DNA of 64,000 bases from an uncultured Planctomycetia bacterium (GTDB taxonomy: Bacteria > Omnitrophota > Gorgyraeia > Duberdicusellales > 4484-171), in contig CAZVQU010000002.1 of the NCBI GenBank assembly GCA_964629655.1, positions 524,878 through 588,877 of the forward strand, given 5' to 3'. Position 1 is the first letter of the stretch, and each line of letters begins with the position of its first letter. Shown here piece by piece: positions 63,101-64,000 of this stretch. The notes beneath the pieces are model-generated. The model saw only the letters and a list, made by a program, of their open reading frames with translations. It was not told the origin of the DNA and did not search any database. The position numbers were made by a program, and so were the translations under genes.

Positions 63101-64000
63101 ATCTGATACGCCGTATATCTTCATACCTTCTTGCTTCAGCTATTCTTCGAAGGTTCTCTTCCAACGAAAAATCTATATCTACTCCGCTGTTCTTAGGTGC
63201 GAAAATCTTGTATAGATAGCAGGAATCGGGAAGTAAAATATACCCGCCCTCTTGTGCCTTTTGGATAACCAGATACCTGTGTGAGCCTATAGCAACGCAA
63301 GCAACATAACTAGCAAGATACGATTTTCTGGTTACTTCTAACGGATCATTAGCAGAGTCCATTTTGGGAAACGCATTCGGATCAAATAGCCTGGGCAAGC
63401 CATATACCATACCTATGGTAAGAGTGGATGCCTCATCCCGCGCGCCCTCAGCAGCCATATTTGCATTAACAACCGCTGCCAAGTTATACCATACCTCAGT
63501 AATACGCGTGGCTAATCTATCCGCCCATTTGCTAACCGGCTTCCAGTTTTTCGAACTTCTCATCCACACTTCCAGGGCTGCTAAGCCATACCCATGAACA
63601 AGCTCCGCTTCATCACGGTCAATTGCCTGTATTTTTTCTTCAGATAGTCCTCCCTCTCCCTGCCAAAGGATGTGTTTCTCTCTCACCTCCGCTACTCCAT
63701 AAAGATAGGGACTTATACCAGCTGGAAAGCTATGTTTATACTGCTCGTATAGGGCAGGTGGCTGAGCCTTCATTGGCGAAGAAGTTCTCTTTTCGAGCTT
63801 TTGAACTTCTTCAGGCAAATTCTTGAGAGTAGATAAAGAAGAAGAATTTATAATTTCTATTTGCCAAGTCGGATCATTTTGAAATATTTCTAGACTGTTT
63901 AGCAACCAATCGATAAGCAGAGGTAAATAGTCTGCTTGTAACTGCATAAATTCCTTGATATCGTATTGCGACCTATCTAAAATGTTAAAAGACCTTTTAA
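42123..64000 (-). CDS. giant membrane-anchored multi-enzyme mosaic protein (>7,274 aa; N-terminus beyond window edge)
   Basis: Single stop-free frame of more than 21.8 kb in an AT-rich genome. The frame is still open upstream of the ATG at 63947 through nt 64000. At least 12 recognisable catalytic modules are joined by Ser-run linkers (see domain entries). Confidence 0.85.
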   Translation of the reverse strand, partial: KRSFNILDRSQYDIKEFMQLQADYLPLLIDWLLNSLEIFQNDPTWQIEIINSSSLSTLKNLPEEVQKLEKRTSSPMKAQPPALYEQYKHSFPAGISPYLYGVAEVREKHILWQGEGGLSEEKIQAIDRDEAELVHGYGLAALEVWMRSSKNWKPVSKWADRLATRITEVWYNLAAVVNANMAAEGARDEASTLTIGMVYGLPRLFDPNAFPKMDSANDPLEVTRKSYLASYVACVAIGSHRYLVIQKAQEGGYILLPDSCYLYKIFAPKNSGVDIDFSLEENLRRIAEARRYEDIRRIRWTELMRGRHRKEINEALKTLQIRYEDIEDKYKEFFTEAEGFARVGRKGSLRLEKVLKSTTGELKINNRRGGWISLIGDGDQMPVNAILANELDGCGGAGGTAEGVIAVRQANGEVDFSARIISHQKCKEDQEYPLQADDPEARKLTRKEQQEAEKCNIPLNPEGEVNLRLITADLSGIHENISFTTVPFGSTEDNGHNWLPLLHELSISDDARTVTMPYYVSRPYERKIVEVVYATMKDEYLRRIVQEKSPLVRAKLHYQLACLYADLKFYKEAEEQFNLAEEEADEDLKNNITAAWFYYEALKELLLKDVPDEEEARRILSRAGEYKELFEIEQLLALIDSKGGKVLDEAEDILSIVGEIISAEEKERIILLEKLYCHINRENLDKLKAFLHKISRLDDQTLDSEYARSILSNIFDALLGRKTELIEHDFLHTLIRNSHSDVFSQVVSEAIKAHSSSSMLKNEVSLPVSILTVCTSNMFRSALLEYYLRLKVSDREIEIDSCGTRQPAPIDRKTHFLVIEEMRQSLIAKGFYSRIMEDFLYGRQRKFCSPSVAKEADLILVAEKRMISKFDDSYILRKGNEYKRIFVPTEFLSKEHGYYREDLPDIGTFVASGGQFTAADLWKIFESLDVDRIFDKAAVLNKKRSSSSIPMFFGRKVPAKEAKNKIYALIKSHSNKIESEGSILVVVDGDIAAGKTTFCKHIFSGYVNLQVVPIDDYRLEGDLRSMIDWDTLRDDLRVFMNDRNVEVLILEGYKALYIKEHGFSADLKIKIWADQKTREINLIERGDPVEDLLGLHQIYAFTPEYDLVLDNSLKNRISGSSSPNLKPYIVANNRLLKALKFILIKGFYVALPASRINKLVRSIISTRPQWAFRVADRFKEELSWEESSSSMICDFLKKDRLPKLIADLKDGVDSRNAARIISVYREIIAYFNFYYETGRYEQAGELILEMLGRRKSEGGIRHIFSTAGFDKAQWRSVLSAVNREVDCFSANAFLLLEKVILLEAYIENGYDEDYNREVSGILELDSQRGDYLLAITKWLVVTMVTRRFILDVNDIPEINAELLNDKIDSVTYNALAKYPNIDIDTIVAAERIFVGNLLSLGVIFRKKKVFEESYGVLITARSRLKTVFYLSPNSLEFELHRLKKEVNREITVTGKLLFSGSSPLSDKFSKELQYLRYILETIEVKDIGTQVEIARELGLDHRPIANGLLNLFLVGYYTSIRKIVNLEFMDIIGGYGCAGADWSTFILATGARQVDFYEQNRVNAYRLWCLLYDEDSQSHRLHHNQGIKNEYKQGKFHSGFGGGIMGGMREIELKIAAELESMEVNRFKSDGAENIKVIDNLDGSVTIRFDWTFFGQASKTYSITYKPEDMEKMSLDKKIDVYYQKASFVMLKRYKIFLSRIAKNIKADGFLVIDEGEYRNVDSFLNGKAGLFTTKDEIHNEEMRLWEYFIREYIRKDLETDWQPGASQASSDFSLSKSNYGWRVYVRQKQKFSSSISGTANTVYIMIKKGQLNKARINKIPAKVKSRQRECTASDVQHAAILSSSSITELGRFERAKKIIQELLPIGAYHIWLHVQTTADLADYLAKQLFLPSTKREVLRVCALFHDLGKTTNTLLCWINSPSELPKQQLQYLRKAHPIYSVEIVQEIVAQHSLELSPEQLTEVMGKISNHHIPKAEDLFEQIISTADWLESCLASSRPYHFVQRGITQVEEAFIYFFQYLRSINFTLHPDLFAVLEQAREDERFLSILERSQQHDPVAITDVVQYWFNCPRRDDLELLTELIVQTVDLEQLKRFLQIVAECVILNKLGAERSEVFLDKILSAVCFRKDHEVVKKHLKYLSARPESSALFVYMADEKIHSHFRPLSVDKTASGSSITLAKLKDSGLILGASQLFWPWKKSCHEYDSTQHIVDTIKEVRERGFGAVEIYLDSSGKRLWQYGVYVIDPNGLQDSDLRKIRDVAKDNTMELIVHAPWLEFEDKNNTVRFPDPLKDENHFDQTLRVAKELGMGLITLHLFNPSDTDGIVHFIQQATRNQITVGLENSRYNPYPVSDINSFLKGCVYHTNDEFVAAALRIYEQLSLEEREYFGITFDIAHANLSLDKARPLEEAILKSGIPLRSTHINQNMGIMDDHLPINHPEGTIPLLKYIGSLINRGYKGPVIQEVRGEVKPLEVLFPSSGLSSSPVEKPNANKPADSMETMRKEILSTSILCIIVFVKLAGEYIANRIILYAGSVWLISLDFVQGTDFFSVDALAVQNINGQKEEINQDFQLLIRTFKQMLHSYRKCIIKKVKKPQTKSSSPVGARFQSRTLLKIFNKILFFGNLKRYNGIKGQVQGKVTSSVAGGVFPPALFLKLVGQFKGWLRTVLKQKLFRIRLNKNIVITLDKIDNTIEIRAGPFTYIYVTYRYLDNPQNHIGNPLIESLQTLSFSSSSSVRKVGADINSEEFRVLQRAIKRRLHWWNVIQIGPVFIIREQHKKELPFKVRDRAKKHLLIVTEVNYSEVGQGIFGGRDYHGTSLSMARAMMRMDFTGRAVIGVGYGQLATHEIMARKLGAEKVLAIEKMKVNIGRSIGINGIQLGHTFRLIQLDLVKEFSRLIFEAGKFDIHEPIILANLGPTYLKEVNEKVIDLLANFPGGQLLLGGFFDHDGADDNALSFFDKVISPYLKRFSWLEVEKVTSHYISHYPERWGYLTYTIRNHDSLPDVSRYNQTSSPVRDRDKEILLEFCAKDKAGLMEDKESSSSSVAVGNSGLGNFIIPDLYEYFKLEYKLLTALYNLKRNAVSIGYAGKKREIYLIEWVQDSKRGRRGIDKQEPYCRESLRNIIALIAVLRATDDIIPGLFDKNSSFILGSTIHQASDLESDVDAMLAVNRELGVEERDMVSGLMDEIKMSFAHRFGACGLNFKRLRHIMYSQECWRTDINFRYAHKAMIYPFSRRMLNAWLMNQPSDKLLLQEYLKVLDALFTSSSSIRLLPAEMLPGALDAIRFGIDHRVVRECEQREARLGMPIGGELELRRKYKTKEDILSRISDETIRERVDVLPFYRDPFGYLEFNFRPSWSFRTQIDLLAKTVLEYTNIPNSDTHSVQFNLGIPRKDWDRFHEWGVKKEASKLMLAAVIAFISNDGIQNGVKVASIRKNRAKNVSISGQEYMHIEYGFARIREIYEVAKIIQYITKAIVSKHKAESGLSLSALEHSLAKFWSDQGQATLNASLERVLRYKPKIISYRPGSYRNIIPWRRGHKDEARNIKNSLRQILSESERISVQSYSSSSVCTRKGTLTRKLVKERFRGFKGVVVDFDQTMAYISRAFTGAFFALRFERIEEASPIGKIYYSIMLAADTVKLAALRLYSNRFPTSGNKATFYRMLLREIHLDEIVIRIKPNPEFHEAVRIILEHNPDCVFGICSVGVGEVIEAYLERIQEEGILTQGQFEVIMANYFELDSQDYFSGQTLSDVFIARDKELSLQGDTIIIGDNKDQKVFGELPYFVNIQAANWRTRLENVIKDKITSSSSLVDSLNGWKRKYIPVIGGRLWVSPAVLDPHYHNVQMGELLAWELENIIGPGDRVLDMGTGSGIIGIKAYQLGRSYVLGVDINPEAVNLARENYREFGLVSDVIESDLFEKISPGIVFDKITFSPPWFEHWNEPKSDSISSLDHAFYDPEYCTLERFIKEVHMYLNPDNINALSVIYITGRQIKTVLASLNDSRTLAIDSIKKFELSRVMGRRERKRRGHHRSKHWRIDNHVSVEKLRSEKLVIMTLKKVPRKVNIPEGAVSPAIRGGTENRMFHRPSGKKDVIRRESICPRTISGLINDPNADDWTIQNELAWRFEGYLNDEFVSGAVTFDGVGSIRGASSPGSLSPANGGASPIVRTKAYLEQQGNDAGAISKVVDFLDPASLLLQRMDELIIFVASGETCFEAVLAKAHPNKAFIISDIYSAPYYQFAEQFERGILPTQKMARALENKNVVTIRADVNDMFEHFPNNSFDKIVVIGSGSKINRPIINSLKLKVLSTKLKSNGELLIRPYKDNASEFSHLDIVPDGKILGFSTQQYSDPLGSQLYKWTSSKDNCSFDFDSPEYHGVYLEALKRASLIPLETSVTAASPVKDLAELPRDLLSSRVLFRSGLYYFLIGLSVASLMAFAAAKFENVWFIGFIPGLVLSGFSLSIALVLKVAKMLTNAKGYTDAPSYQLAVGPKVDFLRNQIKKQGFDIEIDDFEDWHAPLFMYKDEGVLKTNYYYLPFLPRLFLWIVTRYVIFHLKRIQSVRRDNTFGQLDDLEKCKTQVRSSSTVQAENSARGIERILLKRALRRKNRLLISNSGSVFNRVFLVSGTCLVEKWLMDGESIAIWARNELRIARERLDGVGAKIFIHGNRVIQEFVEVLGDADETSAGLLYLVSPEEGERLIDAYFEAILAEWRRGVFNSDFYLFNYGRNLMGEVVLFDYSQISDKYPQNLRVLTRLRDKLFGIANLRYTPQWLYDYYVSAATSFIYEFEEEFLGLPEDQLYWQRDIKEGVAFGKLGFPHPYPPEGHTISYVSLVDKRRGHDSRQSSSAVQKATEDIDGANRIISKAIRIAAGGSSSISSAVGVSSSKVAKEWVLSSVKMLKRHTMRIGRPISALEKDIEAGQITLVGAEAHFSHITAAVSDTNKIVQEWLTTKGKGIPVVIRDPALTAAHDIKNALSSMSETMQLAQMTCDEEDGKDIIKCCDELVRVTVSRLYRIKRILADLIRCANGKAPKKESFNLMEEINTIAKLFGHKVKEDNMQVEINIASNIWIYSVRNDIFSIFLNLISNAIDALEGNNNPEISIAVKKIEASIRITFSDNGSGIEKSVQKRLFQKFFTTKKHKGTGLGLSIVQGIIEKHGGAIDVASQKDRGTTFTITLPSDESSKSQRINDLRMEQQPSARIVGDLSSSSVKVKGRSLSETFDFGLEARLLSSLYQFPATYYTIQYKGGYRWGTKLQWGQSREVLRNVIAVIAILRKFEQMVPTSVDKNKSFMFGSTVKTTCAIDSDIDAMFVLCGEFTRNIAKLFRQIRSSFAEKFSKDYGLTQEVLGGISVVGKNAPILKEAVSVDIERKSIHSFTKEQLSVWRDNDSQNGDLLNEYLEAINNLSGKSVRCDLPVCKSAKTSSSVAEVSEQKAKKTLRSKIIENLTLPRTLSVKQLDKYVEWGLIDEVTPEALQDSSEAQKVLLLPAQEDCINLVEDLEEASMTEIEMRQLIADLQNRSPLVHINVPTLFSVQVRIDSDIVAEYVRFLNPLGCLDKRLVSAIEGHITDKEIGIMKTKLREVIWNESRVVFVARFIEQELETLSLFQDSFDWLLENFLKVNDGREVNKFLEDCRQIWQKELNGIEADREARLSPEQMVGRYSIYPEQEIRSKISIIDCLMQLTLPKCTETILMAVRGMDKEIITAKDGKKFQLEFSTSLEELSDEMVVHTKLEEIDLETNKERELSKEQINRHKKNILREWQDERICTRWIFFLKDMQTGERRKGVFMVGHVDDEGALWIDLVNFILLKERGMLSAICLRIGERFEELPFNIKVKAFIEEIRSIITLAEEFTKLSPNFSQEDIKLGRWLTFYRDEYNYLKDDKGQISLGLAQTTLIEELLKNLCPLLLKHPLSQDIMKQMLWGKIFYEKFRLSKIQLEVVKADLGITKLLLIGSTKSSSSVMSGRSIERLRVIMRERYGELNKVLFFMPERHIGDEIIFNGPLSAQFLVAYPHARITMVTRNPFIWEKQGEMFIPLPVLKDNGKCNWDNTIRAINGMAEFDLAILSHEDLLLPPGLARNYRHIWELSGKNASIRHCQYYRDFNLGHELGLSLMGYPSNSLFINHGSKESIVARRELENIGIGIGEDFIFINGRSKSKARSLDWKSSVRIARFLAENFGMKTALTIESLDGRFYSYDDFYRYLGREFRDWVFLLPSGSMLRNGQEKFLKYWMYFSTIIISVDTATAHLGYGIGKSTIVCIASEIVKKYWYPAAAAEMSFIGSGLGHVETLVCSDGFYRKLFSEVERRLQNDDSIRDSSVLGQQKNTTTTSLQTSSPLGVEKVILQELWNAAKRLASLSYIKGGDAFEQAFVDALKPALTREEAMRLFDFIRSRTRREPIANVPYPGSCYVRQDPEENLVLARFAKGDDFMTSILRSKFAPPGDDKSMWIGNEAEDIQVYTDVDNGGYIVILPTAAFNALSNQDLARHIYGLPDQEEWHWFYVKGDLSISRETTPFIFIGRRLSEQLIASKGQDEELRKKFEELKKEVLIEVLDLSKQTIVDTLEAALKRHDLKFVGKDFWPGIETIIYNVLQHPEMSDITEKIVSVIVSSANETFLISEEFDTRINVQREPTKLEVQSSSPVESKQSRSSLGSNKSAAGKVKRMPAWDILSVLELHKSLLISTTKENGLRIHRIRVPALKEKDKAPKGLEILPYELFDTTDHELVYDNRGYLIAIYPVLPASYQVDQKMRKPHYLDFSEYYFDVPQLGDPKAVAKWNAFIEVIQKTDKALIAYEERRGIVGAIERRPRWVPYIYVTVEKKERFPYINPFYTSKFGLEVERGSILNEVDPAHMHHAILPVFPTVYHPGSNSLCDWEYLRAVNQKLDVRKDHDVLVGGSGNGLDAWFVSLRTARKIYAVGINPFEVANTRASGRLAGFKVEAKIHDNIISAEGTPVFNKKFDRIIWNMPTYYPDGPRVRQSLEEWEDNDYDGAILRRFAQGLPTLLKPDGLALVWNSAFGDSLDAAEDILRLKGKMDVTAEIFRGRTYLANIENNTESAPTAIYSVRKANSPDVVRTKSRRGSSPVGNEATAASPMASFVSLKRNISRIVQFLGFVLPLSAISLFVQWIPGGLLGIEKSLHSERYAPLNYLLTDPHISLGQTFHISNIHHTISKFGSSGSTTIIIATVGFVLGIAIFITIKHVVKTRAIRIALETAAIFPAAALLSILITELLIGGQIDLFVQTTQDNILLQAFSVPEVYSWIGLLCFPLSLWILLAKMVKSDPFFRPDSESGDTFEEE
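42170..42710 (-). other. giant protein: C-terminal 4-5 TM helix membrane anchor
   Basis: Hydrophobic stretches IVQFLGFVLPLSAISLFVQWI, TTIIIATVGFVLGIAIFITI, IALETAAIFPAAALLSILITELLIGG and WIGLLCFPLSLWILLA. Confidence 0.6.
42860..43350 (-). other. giant protein: small-domain SAM methyltransferase module (amino-MTase type)
   Basis: Motif I VLVGGSGNGLDAW; motif IV IWNMPTY (NPPY-like). Confidence 0.5.
45080..46070 (-). other. giant protein: GT9 (heptosyltransferase-like) glycosyltransferase module
   Basis: N-terminal MPERHIGDEIIFNGPL; C-terminal ISVDTATAHLGYGIGKSTIVCI, resembling GT9 DSGPMHLAAALGTPTVALFG. Confidence 0.55.
47930..48230 (-). other. giant protein: minimal nucleotidyltransferase (Pol-beta-like) module 2
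   Basis: FMFGSTVKTTCAIDSDIDAMFV (GS-x9-DxD motif). Confidence 0.5.
48470..49280 (-). other. giant protein: GHKL/histidine-kinase-like ATPase module
   Basis: N-box LISNAIDAL; G1 SDNGSGI; F-box LFQKFFTTK; G2 GTGLGLSIVQG. The upstream dimerization/His region (EAHFSHITAA) is not a canonical H-box. Confidence 0.65.
50600..50770 (-). other. giant protein: internal TM hairpin (2 helices) in mid-protein
   Basis: LYYFLIGLSVASLMAFAAA and FIGFIPGLVLSGFSLSIALVL. Confidence 0.5.
51980..52460 (-). other. giant protein: HemK/PrmC-like amino-methyltransferase module
   Basis: Motif I VLDMGTGSGIIG; motif IV FSPPW (NPPY class). Confidence 0.6.
52600..53240 (-). other. giant protein: HAD-superfamily phosphatase module
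   Basis: Motif I VVVDFDQTM (DxDxT); motif IV IIIGDNKDQ. Confidence 0.5.
54350..54680 (-). other. giant protein: minimal nucleotidyltransferase module 1
   Basis: ILGSTIHQASDLESDVDAML (GS-x9-DxD). Confidence 0.5.
56600..57420 (-). other. giant protein: xylose-isomerase-like TIM-barrel (sugar-phosphate isomerase/epimerase) module
   Basis: GFGAVEIY, IVHAPW, ITVGLEN, FDIAHAN and STHINQN, the conserved strand-end pattern of AP_endonuc_2/xylose isomerase-like barrels. Confidence 0.55.
57950..58430 (-). other. giant protein: HD-domain phosphohydrolase module
   Basis: IWLHV...LRVCALFHDLGK (H...HD motif) with downstream His/Asp. Confidence 0.55.
60650..61080 (-). other. giant protein: P-loop NTPase/kinase module
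   Basis: Walker A VVDGDIAAGKTTF followed by a hydrophobic strand ending in D (Walker B-like, VLILEGY). Confidence 0.45.
61240..61700 (-). other. giant protein: low-molecular-weight protein-tyrosine-phosphatase/ArsC-like module
   Basis: P-loop ILTVCTSNMFRS matches C-x5-R(S/T), the LMW-PTP signature at the domain N-terminus. Confidence 0.5.

Noticed and set aside
42728-63826. About 40 plus-strand ORFs of 60-160 aa inside the giant gene, for example 62737-63219, 48682-49110 and 47026-47415
   Set aside because: They are antisense shadow ORFs within a strongly supported minus-strand coding frame. Their translations are low-complexity S/L/I-rich strings with no motifs.
1-64000. Mobile elements, prophage or integrase
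   Set aside because: No transposase, integrase, recombinase or phage structural motifs were found in any ORF. No terminal inverted repeats or direct-repeat flanks were noticed. Composition is uniform across the window, including the giant gene.

Overview
This 64 kb window is AT-rich and gene-dense. Almost every gene from 7.7 kb to the window edge lies on the minus strand, and many adjacent genes overlap by a few nt at their stops and starts, which suggests a streamlined genome. The first ~42 kb is ordinary housekeeping and envelope content. That content mixes Firmicute-like gene order with diderm envelope genes. The Firmicute-like blocks are mcsA-mcsB-clpC without ctsR, cysS-tmk-holB-ricT-metG-tatD, and ispD-ispF-yacL-radA. 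The envelope genes are lptF/lptG, mlaFED and a LolCDE-like ABC pair. Other housekeeping genes are lysS, alr, tsaB/tsaE, thiL, asnB and ilvE. There are also an SBP-less Opp-type ABC transporter, two two-component systems and three small PilZ proteins. The outstanding feature is one uninterrupted minus-strand ORF from 42123 to the window edge, longer than 21.8 kb. It encodes a protein of more than 7,274 aa, and its frame is still open at nt 64000. The protein is a membrane-anchored mosaic of at least 12 unrelated catalytic modules. The modules are separated by Ser-run linkers (SSSSV or SSSPV). At 16 or more junctions the linker has the same GC-rich 14-mer down to the wobble positions. This gene is translationally coupled (GTGA overlap) to two PilZ genes and then to the oppBCDF-like genes. 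A membrane-bound multi-enzyme giant protein with nucleotide-conserved module junctions matches the giant genes reported from uncultivated lineages such as Omnitrophota. This taxonomic placement is inferred, not demonstrated. I found no rRNA, tRNA, CRISPR array, transposase or integrase.
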